Shown one piece after another: positions 31,424 to 41,118 of a DNA stretch of 64,000 bases. The notes beneath the pieces were generated by a model that was given only the letters and a program-made list of their open reading frames with translations, did not search any database and had not been told where the DNA came from. Origin of the DNA: Candidatus Hermodarchaeota archaeon (GTDB lineage Archaea > Asgardarchaeota > Lokiarchaeia > Sigyniarchaeales > SOKP01); the NCBI GenBank assembly GCA_048885925.1, contig JBHLLG010000004.1:41617-105616 (forward strand), in the 5' to 3' direction. Numbering within the stretch: position 1 is the first letter of the stretch; every line of letters begins with the position of its first letter. A program made the position numbers and the translations under genes.

Positions 31424-31553
31424 TACTTTTAAGACTCCATTATCTTTTGACTACTTTATAATAATTAAAAAAAGGATTAAGATAAAGTTAATTAAATATA
31501 GAAAAAAATATGTTATTTAGGTTAAAGTTTATGCTAGAAAAACTTGTGAAGAT

Positions 31554-31700
31554 TTAAAAGTCATCATCTTCAAAATCCATTTCTTCGTCTAATAAGGATT
31601 TTTTTGGACTAGAAATAGGTTTTTTTGCCTCTTTCTTTTGTTGAGGCTTCTGTGGTTCTTTTTTAATTTGTTTTTTCTTATCGTCAAATTTTTTTGACAT
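31554..31700 (-). CDS. Small disordered protein (48 aa), basic N-terminus and acidic C-terminal tail; not in ORF track
   Basis: MSKKFDDKKKQIKKEPQKPQQKKEAKKPISSPKKSLLDEEMDFEDDDF; GGGTGA SD-like motif upstream. Confidence 0.65.
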   Translation of the reverse strand: MSKKFDDKKKQIKKEPQKPQQKKEAKKPISSPKKSLLDEEMDFEDDDF

Positions 31701-31783
31701 ATTTTTCACCCTATTTTTATTTAATAGAGTTATAATAAAATAATTTAACCTGCTATTTAAAGATTTTCCTCAACTATTTCTTC

Positions 31784-31825
31784 ATTTAGGTTAATCTCTG
31801 GGCGAATAGTTTGCCCTTCCTAAAT
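31784..31825. other. Nested inverted repeat / RNA hairpin
   Basis: ATTTAGG..GGGCGAA-TAG-TTTGCCC..CCTAAAT. Confidence 0.4.
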
Positions 31826-32133
31826 CTAATTTACTCTACTCTAGTTTATATTTCAGAGAGTTTTGTTCATTCGTAGAATGTTTATTAAGGCTAACTTTAG
31901 ATATAAAATAAACATTTCTTAAATTTTATTTAAATTCTGAACAAACTTAGAAAAATATTAATCTCTTTTAGCCTAAAGAATTCAATTTTCAAAGAATTTT
32001 TGTTTCTAAGATATTATATTTTCAATTATCTACAATAAAGCAAATTGATGATCAAAATCCTATAATAGAAAATATAAAGATTATAAATTTATAAAAAAAA
32101 TTAATAATATTAACCAATTTTTTCAATTTTTTA

Positions 32134-32580
32134 TTATAATTCTAGAGATTGAAGTCGTGCATATCCTTTCTTAAGAAAATCATAATCAAGTAATTCTATT
32201 TTCTCTGGAATAATTTTTAGTATTAATTTTCTCTTTCCCCTAACAATTTTTTGAGCGGTTTCGAATTCTTTATCTCCTTCTCTTAAAAAAATTAATCTAT
32301 CTTTACCAGAAGCAGTGATTTGCATGCCTTGAACTTTACCTTCGGATAATGGTGTATATATACCAATACTAATATTTGGATTTTCTTCTATATTTTTTAC
32401 TTTTCTTCCAGGAGTAGGAGCTATATAAATGTTAAAGTTATCTTCTTCTATATAAAAGTCCATGGGAGTTGCTCGAGGGATATTATTGCTACAAGTGCAA
32501 AGAACTAGTTCTTTCCTTTTGTTTAAAAATTTACTTATTTCTTTTTTTAGGTCTTCCTTTGGCATTTTCTGCTGGCTCAT
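32134..32580 (-). CDS. Pyridoxamine 5'-phosphate oxidase-like split-barrel protein
   Basis: LCTC...PRATP, RKVKNIEENPNIS. Confidence 0.85.
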   Translation of the reverse strand: MSQQKMPKEDLKKEISKFLNKRKELVLCTCSNNIPRATPMDFYIEEDNFNIYIAPTPGRKVKNIEENPNISIGIYTPLSEGKVQGMQITASGKDRLIFLREGDKEFETAQKIVRGKRKLILKIIPEKIELLDYDFLKKGYARLQSLEL

Positions 32581-32677
32581 TTAGAGATCACTGACTTTTT
32601 CAATTTTATTAATAATTAAAAGTAAAGAATTGAAAATAAATCTTTAAAGAATAAGAAGAAAATAGTTACTCTTGGGT

Positions 32678-33829
32678 TTAAAATCCAACTATATTAATGG
32701 GTGTAGAATCATTATTTGAATCTACAGCAGCTCTAACATACGGAGAAACGGGACCATTAGCAAGAACCATTATTTTTATTTTTGAGCCCATATCAGGTTT
32801 ATTTTGAACTCCAAACTTTAATTGGGCTTGTTCAGGGATTTGATGCGAAATAGTAGAAACTACTTTATCAACTTTTGATAAAGTTAATGTGTGATCACCA
32901 GTAACAGATACTAAGCATCTATTTACCTGGTTTGGATCTGGCTTAAGAAGGGGATTATTTAATGCTAATTTTGCTTTATCGATTAAATCTGGTTCTTCAC
33001 CTAAGGATTCGGCAATACCAACTAACCCCGAAGGATATTTTCCATGCGGATTTTCCAGCAATGTTTTTTTCACATCTGCAAAATCTATATTTACCAAACC
33101 GCAATTATTAATTAAATTGACAACTTCTCCTATATTTCTTATTAATATTTCATCCATAATTTTGAATCCGGTTATCATAGGAATCTTACCAACAATTTCT
33201 AGTAAATTGTCATTTGGAATTGGAATTAGAAAGTCAGAGTATTTAGCGAGGTTTTTTAGACCCAGATTCGCTCTTACTGATCGTTGTTTGCCCTCAGAGT
33301 TAAATGGAAGTGAGCAAAAAGTAACAACTATTGCATTATTTTGCTTTGCTTCTTCCGCAATAATAGGAGCCGCTCCAGTACCAGTACCACCACCTAAACC
33401 ACAAGTCAAAAAGATGATATCTCCATTTAATGCTTGATTTATCCTTTTTCGGTCTTCTTCTGCTGCTTCAGCACCGATAATAGGATCATTTCCAGAACCC
33501 AATCCATTACATCGTTCCTTTCCTATTAATATTTTATATTTTGAATTTGAGTAATATAAATCATGAGCATCAGTATTGATATTTATAGTTTCGGCATTTT
33601 CTATACCCATATCTTCTAATCGTGAAACTGTATTATTTCCCGCACCTCCAACACCAACCACTAATGTTTTAATTTTTAAAACTTTTAATAAATCTGCTAA
33701 ATACTTATCATCATCACAATTTGGATTTGAATTAGGATTTTGATTGTATTGAGCTATTTGGTTAAATCGATCTCTTACTGATGCTCGGGATTTTGCCAAT
33801 TCAACTAAATCAAATATATCATCTGTCAT
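32678..33829 (-). CDS. ftsZ: Cell division protein FtsZ (divergent)
   Basis: VGVGGAGNN, NTD, GLGGGTGTGAAP, PFNSEG, T7 loop NIDFAD. Confidence 0.92.
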   Translation of the reverse strand: MTDDIFDLVELAKSRASVRDRFNQIAQYNQNPNSNPNCDDDKYLADLLKVLKIKTLVVGVGGAGNNTVSRLEDMGIENAETININTDAHDLYYSNSKYKILIGKERCNGLGSGNDPIIGAEAAEEDRKRINQALNGDIIFLTCGLGGGTGTGAAPIIAEEAKQNNAIVVTFCSLPFNSEGKQRSVRANLGLKNLAKYSDFLIPIPNDNLLEIVGKIPMITGFKIMDEILIRNIGEVVNLINNCGLVNIDFADVKKTLLENPHGKYPSGLVGIAESLGEEPDLIDKAKLALNNPLLKPDPNQVNRCLVSVTGDHTLTLSKVDKVVSTISHQIPEQAQLKFGVQNKPDMGSKIKIMVLANGPVSPYVRAAVDSNNDSTPINIVGF

Positions 33830-34033
33830 AAGACATAATCACAAAAAATAAGTTTTATACCTTATAATACGAGAAAGATATCAGAATAATATAATTGAGA
33901 AATATCTAGATAATATGAAGGGAATACCTTAGCTACAAAAAAGCATAAGGTTTTAAATACCATTCTTAATATTTACTTACAACAATAAATTTCATTTAAG
34001 AAATTCAATACTAAAACAATCAAATTGATTTAA

Positions 34034-34588
34034 ATGAAAGCTAAATGGGAAATTTTACTGATTTTAATTTTTTTCGTAATTTTATTATTAATCGTAGTTC
34101 TAATATCGGTGTTGATTGATTGGCCTCTTATAACAGAAAATTCTACTTATCTTTCAGAAGCTACATTTGATTTTTGGAGTTTAGGACATTTTCTAGCGGG
34201 ATTGGGAATGTTTATGCTTGTCTTTACATTATATTTTATAATAAAAAATGTAATAGATAAACCTGGAGAACCTCCTGGTTTAGAAATTCCATCATCAAAA
34301 AATATTCGCATTACATGGTTGATTACACTAGTTGCATCAATATTATGGGAGATTATAGAAAATACTTTACTTTTTGCTTTAGGTATTAAAGCTAAATTTG
34401 ATAGTATTATTAATGCAACTACAGATATTCTTATATGGGGTATTGGAGGTCTTATCGCATGGTATCTTACCCATTTGATGTTTGTTAGTCATGATGACGT
34501 ACACGCATACTACTTATTTACTTTCATAAATTTAGCTGCCTTCTTCATAGTTTTCATTCTTTTTGGGTATCTGACATTCAATATTTAA
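34034..34588 (+). CDS. Membrane protein (DWS.GH...WE..EN type)
   Basis: 5 TMs; FDFWSLGHF, LWEIIEN, DS..N...D. Confidence 0.75.
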   Translation: MKAKWEILLILIFFVILLLIVVLISVLIDWPLITENSTYLSEATFDFWSLGHFLAGLGMFMLVFTLYFIIKNVIDKPGEPPGLEIPSSKNIRITWLITLVASILWEIIENTLLFALGIKAKFDSIINATTDILIWGIGGLIAWYLTHLMFVSHDDVHAYYLFTFINLAAFFIVFILFGYLTFNI

Positions 34589-34727
34589 ATCTTTATTTTT
34601 ATTCTTTTTTTTTATTAAATTGAGAACAATAGAGTAATTTTTATATTACCTGATCTATTAAATCTTTTTTTTGTTTGAAAAATAAGACAAATCCTTGTAG
34701 AGATTAAATTTATAAACTATTATTTTC

Positions 34728-34994
34728 ATGACTATCATGCTTGGGGTTAAAAATATGGAAATTGATAATACAAAAAATAGTAGCGATAAATCTATAACCG
34801 CTTCTGAAAGCGATGATTTAATTAAAGTAAGAGCTACAATTACGTGTCCAAATGGCGATTACAAAAAGAAGTTTAGAAATCAATTTCTAAGGAAAGAGAT
34901 TGATCTATTAATCCCTTGTCTAAAAATATTCGATTGGTTAACATGTAATAAATGTGGTGAACTCTTAAGATTAGATTTAGAGTTCAATATTTAA
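34728..34994 (+). CDS. Small Cys-containing (Zn-ribbon-like) hypothetical protein
   Basis: TCPN...CNKCGE. Confidence 0.6.
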   Translation: MTIMLGVKNMEIDNTKNSSDKSITASESDDLIKVRATITCPNGDYKKKFRNQFLRKEIDLLIPCLKIFDWLTCNKCGELLRLDLEFNI

Positions 34995-35066
34995 AATCTC
35001 AAAAATCTGGACTAATTTTTTTATCATTACTTATTTTAGGTTAAGATTTTAACTTTTAGTTCTTCT

Positions 35067-36377
35067 TTATATTTTAATATTAATATGACCATAAGTGCCA
35101 CCACCTCCAGGAGTATATTCAATTTCATTATTTCTGAGAGCTTTTACGACTAAAGCTATATTAACGTCAAGTTTTTCAATTTTACTTATTGGAATATCTA
35201 TTAAAATTTCAAATTCAGTTCCTAGTTCTCTGATAATTTTATTATATTCGTTTAAAACCGTCTTACTTGTTAAGCTTTTAATGTTTTTAATAGAACGGAT
35301 AATATCTATTAATGGAACTGCATTAATATATGGAGGTCTATGATCGGGATGTCTAGGCTCTTTATATGTAGAAATTTTTTCAATCCTTTCACTAACTCCT
35401 AATTTAATTTTAAATGATTTATTTAATTGTTCTTTACAAGCTGAACAGATCATCTTACTATTTGAAACTTTTTCTAAATAATCTAATCTTGAAGCTATAG
35501 GATCTACTGAGTAGTAAGTAATAAAATTATCATTAATTGAATATTGATTAAAAATCAAATCCGTTTGTTTTTTTGTTTTCTTAAACATTATCCTTCTCCT
35601 ACATTTACTACAGAACATAACATAATATTTCCCTAGTTTAGGATTTAAACCAACATTTAATATTATTTTTCTTCCATTTTTTCTCTCTATTGCTTGTACA
35701 ACTTCAACAAATGATGGATTATCAATATCAAACCTATTAAATTCTCTTCCCAAAGATCGTGGATCTTGTGAATGTGCATCACTATTACTTAGAAATGTGA
35801 CATTTTTTAGACATTCTAATCTGTCTGCAAGTTCAGTATTGGCAGAAAGTCCTAACTCAATAAATTTAATTTTCTGAGCAGCATTAGAATAACAATCCTC
35901 AAGAGTTTTGAATTTATTTTGTCGAAAGATTGCTTTAAAAGGTGTGAAAGCATGAGCAGGACCAATCAACCCCCCCTCATCCGAAATAATATCAGTTAAT
36001 TCTGCTGGAGATAGATTTACTCTTGGTCGCCCACCCCACTCACCTAAAATATTACTTGAATAAGGTTCTAATTTTTTTTGAATAGCCTCTACCATATTGA
36101 AATCTTCGAAAAATATTACTTCATGAACATTTTCTTTATCCTCTATTTCAGTTTGAAGAATAAAATAAATATCCTTATAATAATAAGCTCCATCTCTATT
36201 TTTTTCCAAATTACTTTTTAAGTGTTTAAGCCAATTTGGTTGTAAGACATCACCCGTACCTAGAATATGCAAACCTTTTTTTTTACAAGTATCGAACATT
36301 GTATCTAGATTTAATGATTTCGACACTCCTATTGAATGTGGAGAATGTATATGTAAATCTGCGTTAAAAAAATCCAT
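35067..36377 (-). CDS. Endonuclease Q family (PHP domain) protein
   Basis: ADLHIHS, GTGD, PAHAFTP, ELGLS, SNSDAHS, LGRE, C..C/C..C, PGGGGTYG. Confidence 0.9.
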   Translation of the reverse strand: MDFFNADLHIHSPHSIGVSKSLNLDTMFDTCKKKGLHILGTGDVLQPNWLKHLKSNLEKNRDGAYYYKDIYFILQTEIEDKENVHEVIFFEDFNMVEAIQKKLEPYSSNILGEWGGRPRVNLSPAELTDIISDEGGLIGPAHAFTPFKAIFRQNKFKTLEDCYSNAAQKIKFIELGLSANTELADRLECLKNVTFLSNSDAHSQDPRSLGREFNRFDIDNPSFVEVVQAIERKNGRKIILNVGLNPKLGKYYVMFCSKCRRRIMFKKTKKQTDLIFNQYSINDNFITYYSVDPIASRLDYLEKVSNSKMICSACKEQLNKSFKIKLGVSERIEKISTYKEPRHPDHRPPYINAVPLIDIIRSIKNIKSLTSKTVLNEYNKIIRELGTEFEILIDIPISKIEKLDVNIALVVKALRNNEIEYTPGGGGTYGHINIKI

Positions 36378-36445
36378 TTAATTCATGAACTATTAATTTT
36401 ATTTATATTTTTATTTTAATATAATTAAGATTCTTTTATTTACGT

Positions 36446-37492
36446 TTAAATAATGATCATTTTATCATAGATAGGATCAGTTAATAGAATTCTAAAATAA
36501 GATAATGTATTTTTATAATTTATTTGTTCTAACTTACCTTCAACTAATACATCCTCACCTTTTTTTGCATGTTCGCAAAAACGACCCCTGAATGATATAA
36601 TTTCAATTATATCTTTTTCACGTATTTGATTTAATTTAAATTTGGTTTCGAGCATTTTTTTAGTATTTATTTTATATGAGCAAGGTGTAAAAAGAGAGTC
36701 TGTTGAATCTAAGATATTCGCTTTGAGTTTCACATGTCCATAATTTTTAAACTGATAATCATAAAAATTTCCTTTCCAGTCTCTAGGGTTTTTTATATAT
36801 CTAATAAAAAAATTACGATCCATAAATTTACCTTGATGTTGCTTCCTTTGTTCAATTTTCAGAAAATTTTCAAATGAAATACTGGATCCACCAGCTCTCC
36901 ATTGATAATGAGATTTATATTCATCTAAATTATACTTCCGAAAATTACCTGATTTTTTAAATAATTCTGTCAATTTATCTTGAAAGTTCAAACTGGTTTC
37001 AGTACCATATATGATTACATCTATATCTGAATTGTTAGTATCTAACCCAACCATTGTTGACCCAGTAATTCCTATTGAATTCTGAGAAAGGTTCCCTTCA
37101 TTAATAAAAAACTCGCATAAATCTTTAGAAATTTTTTGAATTATAGATAAATTTTTTTCATTTAATAATTTTTTAAAGAAGCTGCTTGGAGTATAAATTT
37201 TTTTGATATCTTTTATTTTAACTCCTTGGACCTCCATATCGAGTTCTTTAGAAAAAAAAAGATATTTTGGATATTTCTCTCTTAAAAAATCATATCTTTC
37301 GTATAAGTTGTAAATTTTTTGAAACTTTATACCATCTTTCTCTCTATCTCCATCTGGATGAGGATAAAATCTTAAAAAGCAAATCTTACGTTCTTTTGGA
37401 TGAAGTAAACCTTTTACATCAAAAAATAAGTTATCTTTTTTTGTTTCTATATAATCCCCTTCAATACCTTTGATAATTTTCATTAATTTCAC
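36446..37492 (-). CDS. Archaeal nucleotidyltransferase domain protein
   Basis: GITGS..VG....SDIDVIIYG, FTPCSY, VEGKLE. Confidence 0.82.
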   Translation of the reverse strand: MKLMKIIKGIEGDYIETKKDNLFFDVKGLLHPKERKICFLRFYPHPDGDREKDGIKFQKIYNLYERYDFLREKYPKYLFFSKELDMEVQGVKIKDIKKIYTPSSFFKKLLNEKNLSIIQKISKDLCEFFINEGNLSQNSIGITGSTMVGLDTNNSDIDVIIYGTETSLNFQDKLTELFKKSGNFRKYNLDEYKSHYQWRAGGSSISFENFLKIEQRKQHQGKFMDRNFFIRYIKNPRDWKGNFYDYQFKNYGHVKLKANILDSTDSLFTPCSYKINTKKMLETKFKLNQIREKDIIEIISFRGRFCEHAKKGEDVLVEGKLEQINYKNTLSYFRILLTDPIYDKMIII

Positions 37493-37503
37493 AATAAATC
37501 TGA

Positions 37504-38640
37504 TTAATATTTTGAAGGAGTTTTCGATTTAATTTTATGCTTTGGTATAGTTTTAGTTTTCTTTATTTCCCTTTCAAAGTTTCTTTTTTCATTTAGAAAT
37601 CTTTGCTTATCCTGTTCTAATTTTTCTCTTTCACGTCTGATGATACTTTTCTCATTTTCTAAGTATGACTTTTCTTTTTCTAATTGTCTATAATCATTAT
37701 TTAATTTACTAAATTTTTCTTCTAATTTTGGGATTTTAGAGTTTAAGGAGTGATAAGTACTTTCTGCTCGAGGTAGCTTTTTCTCTAATTCATTTAATCT
37801 TGCTTCATGTTGCTTTCTTCTTTTTTCTAAATCTTTTACATCTTTTTCCATCTTTTCTTTAGCTTTTCGGAGATCTGCATTCTTTTTATCAATTTCACGA
37901 GCTTTTAGATCTAAATCTTGTTTTCTATAACGAGTTTTTTCTCTTTCTTCTTTCAATTTTTTTTTCTCGTCAGAGATTCGATTTTTTTCATCATTAATTT
38001 CCCTTTTTAAATTACTAATTTCTCTATCTAAATTATCTCTCTCTTTAGTTAAGTGTTTAATTTCATTTCTCAAATCCATTAACTTATCTTCTAAATTATT
38101 TATAGTTCTATTTAAAGCATCCTCTCTTCTTTCCATTCCGGGAAGTTTTGTTTTAATTTCTTTAATGCGATTTTCTGTGTTTTCTTTTTCTTTCTCTAAT
38201 AAATTCTTTTCTTTTCCTATTTGTTCTCGAACTTTATTTAATTTTTCTTGGAATGTTTCTAATTCAGCTTTTTTTTGATTTAACTCTTCATTTCTTCTTC
38301 TGAATTTTTCTTTAAATTGTCTTTCTTTATTAGTTAAATCATCATTTTGCTGTTGAATTTTACTCTTTAGATAATTTAATTCTTTTTCTAGCTTATCGCG
38401 TTTTTCAAGAAGATCTTTGATTTCTAATTCTCGATTTTTTCTTTTTTTTTCAAGATCTTGGACATTATCTTTATAATCTTGAATTTGTCTAACAACTTTT
38501 TCCCATTCGGTTTTTTCTTTATCTAATTTAACTCTTTCTTTTTTTATTTTTTTAAGTAGTTTTTTATCGGAAATTACTTCAATTTCCTCTTCGGGTGTTT
38601 TTTCTCGAATTTGATATTTAGGAATAGTTTCGTCATTCAT
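37504..38640 (-). CDS. Long coiled-coil protein
   Basis: Heptad-rich K/E/R sequence across about 330 aa, no ATPase motifs. Confidence 0.8.
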   Translation of the reverse strand: MNDETIPKYQIREKTPEEEIEVISDKKLLKKIKKERVKLDKEKTEWEKVVRQIQDYKDNVQDLEKKRKNRELEIKDLLEKRDKLEKELNYLKSKIQQQNDDLTNKERQFKEKFRRRNEELNQKKAELETFQEKLNKVREQIGKEKNLLEKEKENTENRIKEIKTKLPGMERREDALNRTINNLEDKLMDLRNEIKHLTKERDNLDREISNLKREINDEKNRISDEKKKLKEEREKTRYRKQDLDLKAREIDKKNADLRKAKEKMEKDVKDLEKRRKQHEARLNELEKKLPRAESTYHSLNSKIPKLEEKFSKLNNDYRQLEKEKSYLENEKSIIRREREKLEQDKQRFLNEKRNFEREIKKTKTIPKHKIKSKTPSKY

Positions 38641-38850
38641 AATAATTTTATACTATTCTTACTTTTTTAATAAAATTATATAATTACTAACTCTAAAGTG
38701 TTTGCAATCTAAAATCTTAATATTTATTTTTTCTGCTCTATGGAATCTATTTATATATTATAATTTCTATTATCCTCACAACAGAAAATAGAAAAAAAAC
38801 CATAAAAATAATATCTAAAATTATTAATTCTAAAACTTGGTGTTGAATAT

Positions 38851-39252
38851 ATGGGTTTTGATGATGATTTTGATGAAGATTTTGATGAAGAGCTAGACGA
38901 AGATTTGGATGAGGATTTGGATGAAAAAATAGAAGAACCTGCTTCAAAAGCTCCTACAGAAGTAGTTGAATCAAAAACTCCTGCAACTAAAGTTATTGTT
39001 GAGGGAAAAAAGATATCATTATATTTTATGTCGACAATAGGACCTGGAGAAAAAAAGCAAAAATTACTCGTAAATACTGGAAATAATGTTGGAGATGTTA
39101 AAGAAACTGTAGCAAACTTATTTGGATTAGATCCTGCTGATTTTCATTTATCATCTGGTGGAGTTACAATGGATGAGAATTCATATTTAAAAGATTATAA
39201 TATAAGTGATGGTGACGATATACTTTTAATTCCAGCGAGTACAGCTGGTTAA
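38851..39252 (+). CDS. Ubiquitin-like modifier 1 with acidic N-terminal extension
   Basis: Beta-grasp pattern LYFMST...VGDVKE..A...L..GG.TMD...LKDYNI.DGD.ILL ending STAG. Confidence 0.85.
   Translation: MGFDDDFDEDFDEELDEDLDEDLDEKIEEPASKAPTEVVESKTPATKVIVEGKKISLYFMSTIGPGEKKQKLLVNTGNNVGDVKETVANLFGLDPADFHLSSGGVTMDENSYLKDYNISDGDDILLIPASTAG
38857..38928 (+). repeat. Six degenerate 12-bp coding repeats, (F/L)D(D/E)(D/E/K)
   Basis: tttgatgatgat tttgatgaagat tttgatgaagag ctagacgaagat ttggatgaggat ttggatgaaaaa. Confidence 0.75.
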
Positions 39253-39297
39253 ATATTTAAGTTAAAATCAGTATATTTAAAATAAAAAATCTTTTTT

Positions 39298-40092
39298 TTA
39301 ACTCTTTTCTTTTCTTGAGGGAATTAGAGCAATTTCATCATCTTCGCTTATATCATAATCTTTTATTTGTAAGGTTTCATTCAATAATATTCCTCCAGAA
39401 GAAAGAAGAAAAGATTCTAGATCATAATCAAACAGTTTACCAATTCTCTCCTTAATTAAACTTAGTAATTCCATTCTCTCAATGATAATTATTTTTGTTT
39501 TTTCTCCAGGTTCAAGTAAAGACCTTACATAAACGCGGGTTTGATCTTCAAGGTCAATAGGATTTATAGGTGGTGTATATACAATATCTTCATCAACTCT
39601 ATCTCTATTCTTTAGCATATTTTCAATCAATACTTTTCTTTCATGTGAATTAAAATAAATCATTTCTCTAATAAACAAAATCTTATCCATTTTTGATAAT
39701 CCGAGAAGATTTATCTTATCCAATTCTTCTTGGCTAAAAATTGAAAAAATATATTTATCAATTATCGGCTTATCCTTATATGATTCATTCGATTCAATAT
39801 ATTCTTCTATTGAAGGCATAGCTTCAATATAATCATCAAAAATGCTAGTAGGTATCCTTTTAATTGATTTTTTTTCTGCAATAAACTTTTTTTTTCGTAC
39901 CTTGTCACCCCAATTATCTTGAGATTGAATAATAGTATAAATGGTACTTGTAGATAATATTGCTACACTCCCAATTGTGAGAGAAAAAAATAATGGAATA
40001 CTGTCTATACGATAAAAGAAAAAAGCTACATAAGCTAAAATAAAAAAAATATAAAGTGCAAAAACACTAAAAATTCTATATTTTTTCCTCAT
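39298..40092 (-). CDS. 2-TM membrane protein with C-terminal ubiquitin-like domain lacking a terminal Gly
   Basis: PGEK...IKE...LF..D...F.LSSGG..L.E...IKDYDISEDDEIALIPS matches the flanking Ubls; ends RKEKS. Confidence 0.8.
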   Translation of the reverse strand: MRKKYRIFSVFALYIFFILAYVAFFFYRIDSIPLFFSLTIGSVAILSTSTIYTIIQSQDNWGDKVRKKKFIAEKKSIKRIPTSIFDDYIEAMPSIEEYIESNESYKDKPIIDKYIFSIFSQEELDKINLLGLSKMDKILFIREMIYFNSHERKVLIENMLKNRDRVDEDIVYTPPINPIDLEDQTRVYVRSLLEPGEKTKIIIIERMELLSLIKERIGKLFDYDLESFLLSSGGILLNETLQIKDYDISEDDEIALIPSRKEKS

Positions 40093-40177
40093 AATTTTTT
40101 AAATAGATTTTGTTCTGAATTCTAAATATTTAATTTGACATATAAATTCCATTGGAATAAATTTGAAGTTTTAATAT

Positions 40178-40849
40178 TCATACTCCTTGAATTGATTTTT
40201 TAACTTGAGAATATTTTTCTCTATCTAACCTAAATAACTTTCTTTTTCCATCTTCTTCGATTCTTATCAATTTCAGATCTTTTAGAATATCTAAATATTT
40301 TTTTATAATATTATGATTTTTTTTCAAATTGACAGATATTTCTGTAATTTTCAGTTCTTTATTTGCTTCTTCCATAAAATTAATTATTTTTTGAACGATT
40401 TTCTTCTTCAAATAATAATATAATTCATCAAATTCAGGATTTGAATCAAATTTAAAGAAAATTCTGTGATTATTGATTTTTTTTGATCTAACAAAATTAA
40501 ATTTTTCTAAGCAGGATAAATGCCATAAAACTTGGTTGCTTCCGATATTTAAAACTTTCATTATTTTGTTAATATTAGATGGATTCTTTTTAATATAATT
40601 TAGGATCTCATTTCTAGTAGGATTTTCAACTATATTATTTTTCATTAGTCTAGTTCCAGGGATAATAATACGTCTTTTTAGTAACTTCTTTAAAATTAAC
40701 TCTATACTATTTTCGTTAATATTAGGATTATATTTTACCCTATTATTTATATAGGATATAATGTCTCTTATCGAAAAAAAGCTCTTTTTTGTTAAATACT
40801 CCTCTACTAATTCAAGAACAATAGGTTCAATATTATTAAGAGAAGTCAT
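40178..40849 (-). CDS. Tandem winged-helix transcriptional regulator
   Basis: ENPTRNEIL.YI..NP...WHL..LEK and a second wHTH. Confidence 0.8.
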   Translation of the reverse strand: MTSLNNIEPIVLELVEEYLTKKSFFSIRDIISYINNRVKYNPNINENSIELILKKLLKRRIIIPGTRLMKNNIVENPTRNEILNYIKKNPSNINKIMKVLNIGSNQVLWHLSCLEKFNFVRSKKINNHRIFFKFDSNPEFDELYYYLKKKIVQKIINFMEEANKELKITEISVNLKKNHNIIKKYLDILKDLKLIRIEEDGKRKLFRLDREKYSQVKKSIQGV

Positions 40850-41118
40850 AATCCTATATTATTAATATGTTGAAATTTAATGGGTTTTATAATTAAATAT
40901 TCTCTCTAATACAACATTTTATATTTTATATATATTAATAGGCATTCATACAATTTATAATATAATTTATTGAAATTCATAATTTCTCCATTTTATTCGG
41001 GATAAAGATCTGAAAAAACTTCAAAATCATTCCAAAGGGTTTTATAATATTTTTTTAACGCTATTTTATTAAATTTAACAAAATTAAAAAATCAAATAAT
41101 TAAAAAAAAGTGATATGA

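Noticed and set aside
31784-31825. Hairpin as a SECIS element or riboswitch
   Set aside because: No AUGA/GA core or recognisable aptamer, and I found no in-frame TGA selenoprotein candidate nearby
32678-33829. Tubulin/artubulin or CetZ
   Set aside because: GGGTGTG, NTD, PF..EG and N.DFAD motifs are FtsZ-type
37504-38640. SMC/Rad50 or ESCRT-III
   Set aside because: No Walker motifs, hinge or zinc hook; length and pattern do not match Snf7
38857-38928. 12-bp repeats as a CRISPR or non-coding array
   Set aside because: In-frame, degenerate coding repeats with no spacers
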